NCBI GenBank assembly: GCA_046597175.1
Contig: JBKJKY010000055.1
Coordinates: forward strand, 1 to 37,640
Length of the DNA stretch: 37,640 bases
Direction of reading: 5' to 3'
Source of the DNA: Parcubacteria group bacterium
GTDB lineage: Bacteria; Patescibacteriota; Minisyncoccia; Phycocordibacterales; Zambryskibacteraceae
How positions within the stretch are numbered: position 1 is the stretch's first letter; the number at the start of each line of letters is the position of its first letter. The position numbers were made by a program, and so were the translations under genes. A model generated the notes under the pieces. It was given only the letters and a program-made list of their open reading frames with translations. It was not told the DNA's origin and made no database searches. This document shows, piece by piece, positions 25,658 to 35,029 of the stretch.

Positions 25658-26137
25658 TTACGCGTGAGGCAGTATTTTTGCCAACTCCTCTCGAGACATT
25701 TCTTTAAGTTGTTGTGGTGTATATTTTCTTTCTACTTCTGATAGACCTGAAGCGTCACTAGTCTTACTTCCTGCGTCTTCTGCTTGCCTCTGCTCTTTGG
25801 CAGATTTTATAGCAAGGGAAACGAGTGAATTAGGGTCTTTGAGTGCTTCACGGCCACCATTAGCAGTAATGAACGCTACTTCATTTCTGGAGTAACCTTC
25901 ACGAATATAGTCCGCAACTTCCCAAAGTTGGTCATCGAGCTTGGGAGCTGGCTTATTTTCTGCTGGTAAGTTGTCAAGGTTCTGTGATTTTGCTTTGAGA
26001 GCTTTCAATTCTGCTTCTGCTTTCTTAGCTCGGGCAAACAGTTTCTTTTCAGATTCTGAAGGTCCGGTAGGATTAGATTCATCACCTAAGTCCAAGTCGA
26101 GATTTAAAGAGTCCTCGTTCTCAATATTGTCTTCCAT
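25658..26137 (-). CDS. Probable scaffolding protein
   Basis: Acidic N-terminus, KLFARAKKAEAELK coil, C-terminal MSREEL; directly upstream of capsid gene. Confidence 0.65.
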   Translation of the reverse strand: MEDNIENEDSLNLDLDLGDESNPTGPSESEKKLFARAKKAEAELKALKAKSQNLDNLPAENKPAPKLDDQLWEVADYIREGYSRNEVAFITANGGREALKDPNSLVSLAIKSAKEQRQAEDAGSKTSDASGLSEVERKYTPQQLKEMSREELAKILPHA

Positions 26138-26222
26138 ATAAGCTATGTAAGTTGTTTAAAGGGTTGTCTCCCATGAGCTGTGCTTTTTAAAAGAGGTGGC
26201 TATGCTCTAAGCCCTCAGATTC

Positions 26223-26447
26223 TTACTTTCCTGCGTCTTCGAAACCGTCATCTACACCATAGTGTGGTAGTCCTGGTACTGCGTAGTCGGGGATTTTCTG
26301 TCCTGTTCGCATTGTTCCTGAGTCTTGGTCCTTGATTGGCTCGATAGTCTGTCCATCTGACCAATTAGGGCTTCCACCTGCGACTACAACGTCTGGTAAT
26401 ACTTTCGCTCGATTCTCGTCTGGTAATGCTGGTTCGTAATTATTCAT
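26223..26447 (-). CDS. Hypothetical protein
   Basis: 74 aa from ATG 26447 (MNNYEPALPD...). Confidence 0.6.
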   Translation of the reverse strand: MNNYEPALPDENRAKVLPDVVVAGGSPNWSDGQTIEPIKDQDSGTMRTGQKIPDYAVPGLPHYGVDDGFEDAGK

Positions 26448-26748
26448 ATTGGTTTCGTCCCTTTTCTGGGATGTCTTGATTAATTTCTGGGTAACAAGCT
26501 GACTCTCGGTGTTCTTCTGAAGCGGTAGTGTTGAGGTATGGCTTATTTGTCTGGTAATTTCCTGTAGCCGTAAGAGTTCCTGAAGTGTGATATGGTTGCC
26601 CAACCTTTCCTGCTGTGTCTTTTGTATTGAGCGGAGCTTTTTCGATGAAGTCTGGCAATGTACTTATGTCAAAGGGTTTGTCATGATTTCCTACAAATGA
26701 GGTTTTCTCATAATTTTGTCCGACAACGTGATAATCTTTGTAATCCAT
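26440..26748 (-). CDS. Hypothetical protein
   Basis: 102 aa ORF in head operon. Confidence 0.6.
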   Translation of the reverse strand: MDYKDYHVVGQNYEKTSFVGNHDKPFDISTLPDFIEKAPLNTKDTAGKVGQPYHTSGTLTATGNYQTNKPYLNTTASEEHRESACYPEINQDIPEKGRNQYE

Positions 26749-26750
26749 GG

Positions 26751-27008
26751 TTATATAAATTTACTTTTAATTGGTCTTTGAAGTCTTCGCACAATCTTGT
26801 TATCTCTTATGAACTTGTCGATTGATTCATATGCGAGATTCCTTCCTATGATTTCTGCTTTGACGTGTTCTGCTGGTTGCGTAGTATCAACTGAATTCAT
26901 GTCTTTCAGTGGTTCGATATAGTCTAATAGGAGTTGTTCCATGTGTACCCAATCTGGGTCACTAAAGAATTTATCTTGCAATATTTTGATATTCTGTGGC
27001 TCTACCAT
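26751..27008 (-). CDS. Small helical protein downstream of portal
   Basis: 85 aa; FFSDPDW motif; synteny. Confidence 0.65.
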   Translation of the reverse strand: MVEPQNIKILQDKFFSDPDWVHMEQLLLDYIEPLKDMNSVDTTQPAEHVKAEIIGRNLAYESIDKFIRDNKIVRRLQRPIKSKFI

Positions 27009-27012
27009 TGGA

Positions 27013-28857
27013 TTATTTAGCTGTTGGTTCAGTTGGAGGAACTACAGAAGGGACACCACTTTCTGGCTTATTTGCAGGGAGTCCAAGAGCCTCTGGGTTG
27101 CTCTGCACAATGTCTCCACGCTGTTGGTCCGCAAGCTCTACTTCACCTCTCGAGATACCAAGTGCATCTGCCATCTTGTAGTACATAACTTTATAGATAG
27201 GGTCACTCATAGCTTGAGGATTGTACTGAGCAAGGAGAGACTGAATATTAGTAGCGAGTGTTTGAGGATTAATCTGTTCATTACCGATATTGAAGTCAAA
27301 TTCAAACTCTGCATCATCGTAGAATTGCTGTTTGATCTTAATGAAACGACTATCACCCATTGAGCGGTATGTCTTGATAGCTTTCTTCTTAAGTTCGTCT
27401 TGGAGTTCAAGTGTTACTTGGTGACCATCGAGTACCATTCTCTTGATTTCGTCGTTTGCGTATACTTCCGAAGCCGCCTCGTCAAGCTTTTGGAGCTCTT
27501 GTGATGATCCGGTAAACCTCATGATGTGCTCTGGTGTAAGGTTTGCCATAAGGTTCGGCATTACCAAGTCATTGAAGAAGTCACGAAGCATATTTGTGTA
27601 GTTTTCACGTTTGAAACCGAACGTAGAAGAGGCTTGCTGTTGAGCGTTTATCGTAGCTGTTGCAGTAGTTGAGGCTGCGGAAGCTTGACCAGATACAGCG
27701 TCATAGGCAAATGAGAGACGTTGTGACTGTTGAATGTAACTTTGCTCTTCACTATCAAATGCGGGTAGGTTTCTTTCCTCAATAGCGATAGGCTCAATCC
27801 CATTAGGAGATAGAAGGATGTCTCCACTTTCAAGGTCTGTGAGAATGTTTCGAACAATCTGCTTATCTTTTGTTTGCAAAAGGTGCATAGAAGAGAGTTC
27901 CATTGAGATTCTCTTTTGGTTTTTGATTTCATTGATACGGACCTGAACATCGAAAAGAGATTCTGTGATTCCATAACCAAGCCATCGTCCACGGATTTTG
28001 TTGTAGTGGTAGTCCTTGAAGGGATATTGCTTCTTATGCCATGCAGATTTGAAGAGGATTACTCCCATTTCTCCAATATTCTTTCCGTCTGCTGATTTCT
28101 GAGATACATCAATACCACACACAATAAAGAGGGCTTTTACGAGCTTTTTCCCTTCTTTTGTGAGTGGATTTAGTTTTTCATCAAGCCAACACGCAGGGAC
28201 TTCTCCGTATCGCTTATATACTTTGATATACGGAGTGGATTTGATTTGGTTAATACTTCCATCACGGTCCTCGTAGGCGGGATTACCGAGATTAGTTGCA
28301 AAACGTTCTACTGCTACATCTACGTTGTCCCATCCAGTCTCAAGGAGCTCTGAAGGAGTCATGTAGTGAACCGTGGTAATGAACCGAGAGTCGTTTATGC
28401 TCTCTACAGTAGGGTCAAGGATGAGCTTTCGAAGGTCTACAATCTTTGCACCGTCTTTTGTCTTTTCGAGCACAACTGAGCCCATCTTAGGGGCTTCGTC
28501 TGCAATTTGATTGAGGAGATTGGCAGACTTCGAAGTCTTAAGCCATTGTTTCATCTCCTTCTCAAGAAGGTAGGTAGAAAAGTATGATTTAGGATTTTGC
28601 GGTAGAAGTCGTATGTCTTTTGTATCGACATTGAGCATCTTTGTAGCCACTTCACACGCAGGCACAGTGATATTGAAAAAGAGTTTTTCTCGGTTGAGAT
28701 AGAGGTCAGAAGCATCCTCAAACTTAGAATTGAGAGTGAGATGGATTCTCTTGATTGTGTAATACTGGCTATACGAATAGCCCGGTACTACGGTTATATA
28801 TTGAGTGAAGAAGTCGGTCTTCTCTTGGCGAATTTGAGAGTATATATTCTGTTCCAC
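27013..28857 (-). CDS. Portal protein
   Basis: 614 aa after terminase; GRWLGYGITESL, TATA-type stem motif, Q-rich C-terminus; GTG start. Confidence 0.85.
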   Translation of the reverse strand: MEQNIYSQIRQEKTDFFTQYITVVPGYSYSQYYTIKRIHLTLNSKFEDASDLYLNREKLFFNITVPACEVATKMLNVDTKDIRLLPQNPKSYFSTYLLEKEMKQWLKTSKSANLLNQIADEAPKMGSVVLEKTKDGAKIVDLRKLILDPTVESINDSRFITTVHYMTPSELLETGWDNVDVAVERFATNLGNPAYEDRDGSINQIKSTPYIKVYKRYGEVPACWLDEKLNPLTKEGKKLVKALFIVCGIDVSQKSADGKNIGEMGVILFKSAWHKKQYPFKDYHYNKIRGRWLGYGITESLFDVQVRINEIKNQKRISMELSSMHLLQTKDKQIVRNILTDLESGDILLSPNGIEPIAIEERNLPAFDSEEQSYIQQSQRLSFAYDAVSGQASAASTTATATINAQQQASSTFGFKRENYTNMLRDFFNDLVMPNLMANLTPEHIMRFTGSSQELQKLDEAASEVYANDEIKRMVLDGHQVTLELQDELKKKAIKTYRSMGDSRFIKIKQQFYDDAEFEFDFNIGNEQINPQTLATNIQSLLAQYNPQAMSDPIYKVMYYKMADALGISRGEVELADQQRGDIVQSNPEALGLPANKPESGVPSVVPPTEPTAK

Positions 28858-28861
28858 GCAA

Positions 28862-28876
28862 AGAACATATATGCGT
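28862..28876 (-). promoter_or_regulatory. Shared late-gene upstream motif, copy at portal
   Basis: ACGCATATATGTTCT; 14 of 15 identical to 30889-30903. Confidence 0.6.
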
Positions 28877-28903
28877 TACAGAATTATTGTTGCAGAAAGT
28901 CAC

Positions 28904-29266
28904 CTACACTATTGATTCAGAAGTTTTTGAGTTCCCACTTTTCATGTGACGGAGTAGCTCATCGATAATAGGTTTTTCATAGTTTTTAAATATTTCAGTT
29001 GAAATGGTTACAGTTCCCTTTTGAAGTAATTTATAGGAAATAAGGTAAACCTCCTGTCTAAATATCCATCTTTGAATAGTCTTCTTCATCAGTTTCTTGC
29101 CACAGCATATATTTAGATATTCTTGAAGCTCTGGAACGGTGTATTCAAGGAGCTTGTAGCGTCTCCATATTTCTGGCCATGTTTTTGTATCTACCTTATA
29201 TTCAACTGCAAAGCGTAGGCTAGGGTCTACAGTAAATAGTTCTGATTTGTCTAAGTGAATTATCAT
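28904..29266 (-). CDS. Hypothetical protein, possible helix-turn-helix
   Basis: 120 aa; YTVPELQEYL...LMKKTIQRWI pattern. Confidence 0.6.
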   Translation of the reverse strand: MIIHLDKSELFTVDPSLRFAVEYKVDTKTWPEIWRRYKLLEYTVPELQEYLNICCGKKLMKKTIQRWIFRQEVYLISYKLLQKGTVTISTEIFKNYEKPIIDELLRHMKSGNSKTSESIV

Positions 29267-30528
29267 TTATAGTTTCTATTTTTGTTTCTATTTTCGTACA
29301 CATGACTGAGCATGAACGTATCAACTCTAACCTTATCTTTTACTCCCCACACTGAGAGGGCTAGAGACATCACTCTATCGTCGTGCATCCCGTCTGGGAC
29401 TTTAACCTTAATCTTTCCACCTTCTGAGAGTGTGTATTGAAACGCCTCAAGTTCCGTAATAAGTCCTTCGTCATCAGGTATCTTGATTTTGTCCTGTTCA
29501 AGTAAGATTGAGAGATTACTAAGGAGATTCATTCGAGAAACTTCTGTAAACTTGAAACCTTCTCCGTTTTCCCCTCCGATTCGAAGTCCTCGGGCTTTTA
29601 AGTCCTCAACTATCGGGTCCCCTACTCCCGTAGCGTCTGGCCATATAAGAGCGTCTTGGAAGCGTCTCGCACATGCTTCTACCCTAGCCTTCTGTAAGTT
29701 CCAATCTACTTGCTGGAAACGTTCTTGAGGGTATGCAATGAAATGGTTCAGGTTGAAAGGCGTGAGTACTGTCCAGTCTTGATACTTGGCAAGGTCCACT
29801 CCGAGTTGAAATTCTCCTGTTTCTGGTAGGATTCTCGTCGCGTCGTAAGTGTTTTGGTGTATGCGTCGAAAGAACTGTGAAGCACCTTCCAAGAACTCGC
29901 AGAGATACTCTTGCTCATAGAGAGCCATCGGCGTATTTCGTTTAATCTCATCTAATTCAGAGTCAGTGAATATATTTGTATCCTTTATTGACTTAACTGA
30001 GACATACCATTCTTCTGTGTTGTCTCTTGCCATCTGTACTAACTTCCATGAGTGGTTTTTTCCCTTAGGGGTAAAGATAAAGGTTGCAGTTCCTTTGTTT
30101 TCTCGCAAAATAGGCTGAATGATAGCGGTCCACATTTGCTCACTAATTTCAGAGTATTCATCAAATACAACATCAATAGGATTTATTCCTCGGTGTTTAT
30201 CTACATCCTCACACCCCGCAAACCTTTGAATAGAGCCGTTTTTGTAATAGACAGCTAATTCTGAGTCGTTAATCTTCTCTACTATTTCCTTCGGTATATG
30301 TTTCTTTATAAGGTCATCCCATATAACTGATTTAGCCTGGCGATAAGTTGGAAGAAAGTAATAATAAATTCCCTTTTTCAGTTGTGTCTTTCTGATCTGC
30401 TCATTGAGGGCAGTCATAGACTTTCCACCACGACGGTGAACGACGAATATCTTAAAACGCTGGGGAGCCTTTAGAAAATCAAGCTGATAGTCTCTTGGTT
30501 TATACAGGTGGGGTATCGTTATCTGCAT
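29263..30528 (-). CDS. terL: Terminase large subunit
   Basis: PRDYQ, HRRGGKS (Walker A), VVFDEYS (Walker B), FTPKG, GVDLAKYQD, HDDRVMSLAL. Confidence 0.96.
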   Translation of the reverse strand: MQITIPHLYKPRDYQLDFLKAPQRFKIFVVHRRGGKSMTALNEQIRKTQLKKGIYYYFLPTYRQAKSVIWDDLIKKHIPKEIVEKINDSELAVYYKNGSIQRFAGCEDVDKHRGINPIDVVFDEYSEISEQMWTAIIQPILRENKGTATFIFTPKGKNHSWKLVQMARDNTEEWYVSVKSIKDTNIFTDSELDEIKRNTPMALYEQEYLCEFLEGASQFFRRIHQNTYDATRILPETGEFQLGVDLAKYQDWTVLTPFNLNHFIAYPQERFQQVDWNLQKARVEACARRFQDALIWPDATGVGDPIVEDLKARGLRIGGENGEGFKFTEVSRMNLLSNLSILLEQDKIKIPDDEGLITELEAFQYTLSEGGKIKVKVPDGMHDDRVMSLALSVWGVKDKVRVDTFMLSHVYENRNKNRNYK

Positions 30529-30880
30529 CCTTATATGAAAGTATGTTCACGTTTAGAGTCTCACCGTTTGAGGTAACATCTGATTTCTCTGTATAGTTGT
30601 GCTTATACAAAATTAATTTAGATATAGAAGCGTTCAATTTACCTGTAAGAGAGCCATTTAGTAGTTCTCGTTCTTGACTCGTTGCAATTTGTGCTACTAG
30701 GTCGGAAAATTCTTTTTTATCTTCATGTTTTACCCAATCAAAAACAGTGTCCCGGTTAATTCCTAAGTACACAGCAAGGCCCGCAATGCTCGGTATTGCG
30801 TCTCCTGATTCTTTCCAATTAGTCAGATATTGTGCCGTCTTTTCGACTAATTCAGTATTAAAAATTGTTGGTCTCGCCAT
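30500..30880 (-). CDS. terS: Terminase small subunit (P22 gp3-like DNA packaging protein)
   Basis: MARPT, PSIAGLAVYLGINRDTVFDW, C-terminal DVTSNGE; overlaps terL. Confidence 0.88.
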   Translation of the reverse strand: MARPTIFNTELVEKTAQYLTNWKESGDAIPSIAGLAVYLGINRDTVFDWVKHEDKKEFSDLVAQIATSQERELLNGSLTGKLNASISKLILYKHNYTEKSDVTSNGETLNVNILSYKDADNDTPPV

Positions 30881-30888
30881 TTACAACG

Positions 30889-30918
30889 AGAGCATATATG
30901 CGTCAATAGAAAAGTCCA
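30889..30918 (-). promoter_or_regulatory. Probable promoter for packaging genes
   Basis: TGGACT, 16 nt, TATGCT, 10 nt, ATG; includes the ACGCATATATG motif and CTGGACTTTT shared with 3288 and 37191 elements. Confidence 0.6.
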
Positions 30919-30923
30919 GTGGA

Positions 30924-31241
30924 TTAATGAGAATACAATATATTCTGTATAGTCTTAGTGAAAAGTTCTCTTTTCCAATAGATATTTGTGTAAATGCCTT
31001 TCTGTTCTATTCTGTCGATCATGTAAAAATAATTCATATAATCTTTAAATGAGATCTGCACTTCCGGTATTTCTTTCAAATTCACTACCACAATATCTCC
31101 TTCATTTTTGTGTATATTGCCAAACTTTATATCAGTAAATTCCACAATGTTTTTTAGATTTCTTTTAATTCTTTCTGGAGTATGTGAATTTACCGTATTA
31201 TGTATTGAAAATTTTTGACGTATGTATGTTAAGTTATCCAT
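30924..31241 (-). CDS. Hypothetical protein
   Basis: 105 aa AT-rich ORF. Confidence 0.5.
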   Translation of the reverse strand: MDNLTYIRQKFSIHNTVNSHTPERIKRNLKNIVEFTDIKFGNIHKNEGDIVVVNLKEIPEVQISFKDYMNYFYMIDRIEQKGIYTNIYWKRELFTKTIQNILYSH

Positions 31242-31585
31242 TTTCCTTTTTTGATTTCATCGACTCCAATAATTACTTGATTAAACACCTCCTTTTTAGA
31301 TGCACAACCACAATACTCGCACTGCACATGTCCCCATATCACTTCTGGCGTCGGAACGTGATCTTCATTTGTAAATACGTAATCTCTCCACGTATGCTTA
31401 TTGAAAAGACAGAATATTCTTTGCCACCTGAATGCTTGATTTCCCCAGTAACACCCTCTACACAAAAAAACAATCCAAAGGTACTTGTCGGCAATGAACC
31501 ATGAAATCTCTTTAGAAAGATTGCTTACTGCAGGTTTCACAGGCTGCCAGTTTCTTTTTCTGTTTTGTAGTATGTGTTTAGGCAT
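31229..31585 (-). CDS. Hypothetical protein with Cys/His motifs
   Basis: 118 aa; CLFNKHTW...CEYCG. Confidence 0.55.
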   Translation of the reverse strand: MPKHILQNRKRNWQPVKPAVSNLSKEISWFIADKYLWIVFLCRGCYWGNQAFRWQRIFCLFNKHTWRDYVFTNEDHVPTPEVIWGHVQCEYCGCASKKEVFNQVIIGVDEIKKGKWIT

Positions 31586-31592
31586 TGGTTAT

Positions 31593-31862
31593 TTAATTAC
31601 TCCACTGACTCATGCCCCTCTCTGCTCTGGTAGCACGACCTCCTTTTCCCTTCCTCTTTCCTAATCTATTCAACGTGTACTCTAAAGTCTCAATCTGCAA
31701 CTTACCCTCTGGCCAAAATCGAAACTCGGATGTGGTGTCCTCTTTGAGTCCTAGAATAAACTTACTTCCAAGTTTTTGAAGTTGTCTGAAACTCTGCGTA
31801 CCCTGTTTTTTACCAGGGACTTTTTCTTTGATGTTTCCTTTTACGGTGATGGTTGATTTCAT
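31593..31862 (-). CDS. Basic hypothetical protein
   Basis: 89 aa ORF in operon-like run. Confidence 0.55.
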   Translation of the reverse strand: MKSTITVKGNIKEKVPGKKQGTQSFRQLQKLGSKFILGLKEDTTSEFRFWPEGKLQIETLEYTLNRLGKRKGKGGRATRAERGMSQWSN

Positions 31863-31864
31863 AT

Positions 31865-32047
31865 CTATATTCTTTTAATCTCTGCTAGTAATGGGGTGGT
31901 GATGTTTTCTAATGCTTTATTGTAGTTAGTTCTACCTGCGTATTTCAAACATTTATTTATTTTGTCTAAAGTTATAGCAAGCTCCATCACTAATATGTTT
32001 TGGCATAGAAGCACAGCACCCATCACATCCGTGAACTCCTTTGGCAT
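31865..32047 (-). CDS. Hypothetical protein
   Basis: 60 aa ORF tightly packed between neighbours. Confidence 0.5.
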   Translation of the reverse strand: MPKEFTDVMGAVLLCQNILVMELAITLDKINKCLKYAGRTNYNKALENITTPLLAEIKRI

Positions 32048-32051
32048 AGGT

Positions 32052-32726
32052 TTATTTCAAGTCTTTTAACAATTTAGCTCTTAATTCTTCCACCTTCTTT
32101 AAATCGTCCTCAGTCGGTTTGTAGGTAATGGTGTAGAATTCTTGCTTTTCGTGCATTTCAATCAATTTGAGAACATGAGCAGAAAATTGATTGTTCTCTG
32201 GTGTATCTCCTTTCAAAATATTTAGGAACCACATCTCTCCATAGTTTTGTGTGCCTCTTTCGTAAAATGGAATTGCTTGGCACACCTTTTCTAATCCACC
32301 ATCACCATTTGCAAGAGTACCGATGAGGCAAGCGCATTTCCCTTTATATTGAGAGCCATTTACTTCTCCCTTAATCAATTTTTCTTTTAAGAAAGGTACT
32401 TCTTTTGAAAGATATTTGAATATCGAGAGTATGTCTCTACTACATTGATTAATGTAGTCAGTTGGTAATTGCCAGAGGTTAGCATTATAGAGGTCAGCAC
32501 CATAGAGGTCAGCATCACGGAGGTCAGCACCATAGAGGTCAGCATCATAGAGGTTAGCAACATAGAGGTTAGCACCATAGAGGTCAGCACCACGGAGGTT
32601 AGCACCACGGAGGTTAGCATTTTCTTCTGTTGCTTTAACCAAAGTGTCCTTAATGGTGTTATTCTCTCTTTCGAATTCGAATAATACACTTCCTAAAACT
32701 GATTTGATTTGTATTTTTGTTTTCAT
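32052..32726 (-). CDS. Pentapeptide-repeat protein
   Basis: About ten A(N/D)L(R/Y)x repeats; C-terminal domain with CACLIGT. Confidence 0.92.
   Translation of the reverse strand: MKTKIQIKSVLGSVLFEFERENNTIKDTLVKATEENANLRGANLRGADLYGANLYVANLYDADLYGADLRDADLYGADLYNANLWQLPTDYINQCSRDILSIFKYLSKEVPFLKEKLIKGEVNGSQYKGKCACLIGTLANGDGGLEKVCQAIPFYERGTQNYGEMWFLNILKGDTPENNQFSAHVLKLIEMHEKQEFYTITYKPTEDDLKKVEELRAKLLKDLK
32475..32620. repeat. 15 bp tandem repeat encoding the pentapeptide repeats
   Basis: Units like catagaggtcagcac. Confidence 0.9.
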
Positions 32727-32749
32727 ATTGTTTTCATTTTCCTCCTAAA

Positions 32750-32840
32750 GCTATACGGGTTCACGGGGGGGTCAAAAAAAGTATTTCTACTCCTGGAGCT
32801 TATTCTTTGTATTCGCTCCGCCCCCACGAACCCATATAGC
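32750..32840 (-). other. Long intergenic RNA stem-loop
   Basis: GCTATATGGGTTCGTGGGGG pairs with CCCCCGTGAACCCGTATAGC using G-U pairs on the minus strand. Confidence 0.75.
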
Positions 32841-32860
32841 CCTATGAGGGGCTACGACTG

Positions 32861-33109
32861 CTAATCAACAACCTCCACAACTCCCTTTAAGTGACTTATC
32901 TTCATATCCTTGAGAACATTTCCTTGAAAGAAATTTGTTGTACCTTCTTTTTCTGAAAGTATTTTTCTCTGGTCCATCATTGCTTTCCTAAGTCCAGCTT
33001 CTAGGCGTATCCAGTTGCACATGAGATTCTCCATTTTGTCTGCGTAATTATCCATAAGGGCCAGACATTTCCTTATTTCGCTATTCAGTGGAGTTTTTTG
33101 TTGCTTCAT
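32861..33109 (-). CDS. Hypothetical protein
   Basis: 82 aa ORF. Confidence 0.55.
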   Translation of the reverse strand: MKQQKTPLNSEIRKCLALMDNYADKMENLMCNWIRLEAGLRKAMMDQRKILSEKEGTTNFFQGNVLKDMKISHLKGVVEVVD

Positions 33110-33503
33110 TTTTTCTTGTGATTATATGATTTGCTTCTGACCCGAGGACCTGCCTACAAACGGGACAGATGATAGTAAAATGTTCATGGGAACAGTCTTC
33201 ACGGATTAACTTGAGCTTATGGTCATAGTCACTTCGGATATACGAATCGTAATCGGGAAATTTTGCTTTTGGTAATCGGATGGTGTTGTATATCTCTTCG
33301 ACATCCTTTGGCATCTTTTTTAAAATACTGGTGTGTCTTTCAAGACTATGTTCTCTCACCTTCGATGAAACTGTGGAGTGATGGATGTTGAACTTCATCG
33401 CTATCCAAGTCACCTTCCACCCTTTGTGTTGATACAGTTCTTTGAGCTCTTCGATTTGCTTCTCGTTGAGATGAAACCGTATTGGTTTTTCTTTATCTCG
33501 CAT
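33081..33503 (-). CDS. Helix-turn-helix protein with C-terminal Cys/His motif
   Basis: LNEKQIEELKELY..WKVTWIAMKFNIHHSTVS; CSH...CPVC. Confidence 0.7.
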   Translation of the reverse strand: MRDKEKPIRFHLNEKQIEELKELYQHKGWKVTWIAMKFNIHHSTVSSKVREHSLERHTSILKKMPKDVEEIYNTIRLPKAKFPDYDSYIRSDYDHKLKLIREDCSHEHFTIICPVCRQVLGSEANHIITRKNEATKNSTE

Positions 33504-33924
33504 TGAGTTTTATTAATTTTTCTTTATAAAGAGCTATTTTTTCTTCGTAATCCAGAGTGGACCACTTCACCACTTTTCCTTTGAGTTTGTAAAGTTCTTC
33601 TGCCGTTTTTCCTAGTTTTTTTCCGTATATATATTGATTGCCTCCTAGGTTTATATTGCATTGATAGCACTGAGCATTGACGTTCTTTTCATGAAAATAC
33701 AGTAGTAGCCCCCCGGCTGATTTTGCAATAAAATGTCCTGCATGCATCCCAGAACCTTCTCCTTTCCTTCCGCACGTAAAGCATGTGTAATTATCCCTTT
33801 CCCGAATATATTTTGAGAATACTTCCCAGAGTTTCCTCTTGAGGACCGAGACTGTATTACTCGATTTCTTTTTCAATGGACTTCGTTTCAATTTGAGTGA
33901 ACTTTTATGTGACATGGGATGCAC
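33493..33924 (-). CDS. ninG: NinG/Rap-family recombination endonuclease
   Basis: FSKYIRERD, CFTCG, HAGHF, NVNAQCYQCN. Confidence 0.88.
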   Translation of the reverse strand: MHPMSHKSSLKLKRSPLKKKSSNTVSVLKRKLWEVFSKYIRERDNYTCFTCGRKGEGSGMHAGHFIAKSAGGLLLYFHEKNVNAQCYQCNINLGGNQYIYGKKLGKTAEELYKLKGKVVKWSTLDYEEKIALYKEKLIKLNAR

Positions 33925-34448
33925 AATGTCATTCCGTTATTAACATCGAACCTTAATTCAGGATGATTGCAAAAAGGTTTAATATGATGGGCATGAATAC
34001 CAGTACGTCTTTTTTTCTCTTTGTCCCATTCATTTTTCTTTCCGCACAGTTTGCATGTGTAGTGATCTCTCGCGTAAACAGATGACCTCCAAATTCGGTA
34101 TCCCACTGAACCCCTTATCTTTGAATGAAGAGGTGAGATTCCACCCTTCCATGCGGGAGCTTTTGAACCTTTATGAGAAGCGGAACTTTTAAGTCTTTCT
34201 TCGATAGTCCAGACACGTCCAATTTTTCCAAACCCTCTTCTTAATGCGTGTTGCCTCATTGTTTCCCTGTACTTTTCGTCCGGCTTCCACTCCCTATTTT
34301 TTGCTGCAATTGAAATATTTTTTCTGTGTTCTGCTGTCCTAACTTTTCCTCTATTGGAGATAGAGATCTTTTTTGCAATTTCAATGTAACGTTCTTTTGC
34401 TATAAATCCCTTATGGCCTTTTTGAAATCCTTTAATTCCTACTGGCAT
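33888..34448 (-). CDS. NUMOD3-type DNA-binding plus HNH homing endonuclease
   Basis: GFQKGH, TAEHRKNIS, WKGG, RDHYTCKLCG, HAHHIKP, NGMTLCIPCH. Confidence 0.88.
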   Translation of the reverse strand: MPVGIKGFQKGHKGFIAKERYIEIAKKISISNRGKVRTAEHRKNISIAAKNREWKPDEKYRETMRQHALRRGFGKIGRVWTIEERLKSSASHKGSKAPAWKGGISPLHSKIRGSVGYRIWRSSVYARDHYTCKLCGKKNEWDKEKKRRTGIHAHHIKPFCNHPELRFDVNNGMTLCIPCHIKVHSN

Positions 34449-34449
34449 A

Positions 34450-34731
34450 TCAGTAAATTCCTTTTGCGACATTCTCGCTGTGTCTCAAGAAGTTCTTAAT
34501 CACCGACAATTCACTTTTGAGAGACTTGAGTCTGTTTACTACTTTCACCTGGTCAATTCCTTCTGTTGTAACCTTCCAAGCTGTGAGCGTTGCTTTATCT
34601 GACCCGTACTTTTCTCTGTTTTGGAATAGGTACAGGTTTTCTTGTATCTCAAGTCTTGTTGCCTCGTCAGAGAGTCTTGATTGCTCTTCTGAAAGTGCCA
34701 TCATTGAGTCAGCTGCTTGTTGTGGTGTCAT
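34450..34731 (-). CDS. Helical hypothetical protein
   Basis: 93 aa coiled-coil-like ORF. Confidence 0.65.
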   Translation of the reverse strand: MTPQQAADSMMALSEEQSRLSDEATRLEIQENLYLFQNREKYGSDKATLTAWKVTTEGIDQVKVVNRLKSLKSELSVIKNFLRHSENVAKGIY

Positions 34732-34984
34732 TGTTTACTTTTGAGTTATTAATTAACCACCAACATCTCTTTCTCTTCGATATGCTATCTTGTGCTTGTA
34801 TAGCGTCCTCGTAGAAGTTCTTTACCCAATGAGTAGGGAGATGTCTCACCTTCCCAAAGATAACCATGAACTTCATCCCCGTAAGATCAGCCACTTGTTG
34901 AATCCAGAACGACCTTTCTGAATTCGGAGATTTTTTAGGCTTTTCCGGCAAACTATAATCCTTAAATGCTTGCGTTATCTCCAT
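34709..34984 (-). CDS. Hypothetical protein, possibly replication-related
   Basis: 91 aa from ATG 34984; the longer TTG start at 35119 runs through structured DNA. Confidence 0.55.
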   Translation of the reverse strand: MEITQAFKDYSLPEKPKKSPNSERSFWIQQVADLTGMKFMVIFGKVRHLPTHWVKNFYEDAIQAQDSISKRKRCWWLINNSKVNNDTTTSS

Positions 34985-35029
34985 ATGTATTGTCAAATAG
35001 CTAGTAACAGGTACACCTCCCCCTTTTAT

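Noticed and set aside
26140-26222. tRNA or named riboswitch upstream of the scaffold gene
   Set aside because: Only weak pairing; no T-loop or anticodon arm consensus
32475-32620. CRISPR array or diversity-generating retroelement repeats
   Set aside because: Contiguous 15 bp coding units without spacers; no reverse transcriptase in the genome; the alternative-frame ORFs 32387-32689 and 32469-32684 are by-products
33888-34448. Group I intron around the HNH gene
   Set aside because: Neighbouring ORFs look intact and no P/Q/R/S core is visible; treated as a free-standing homing endonuclease
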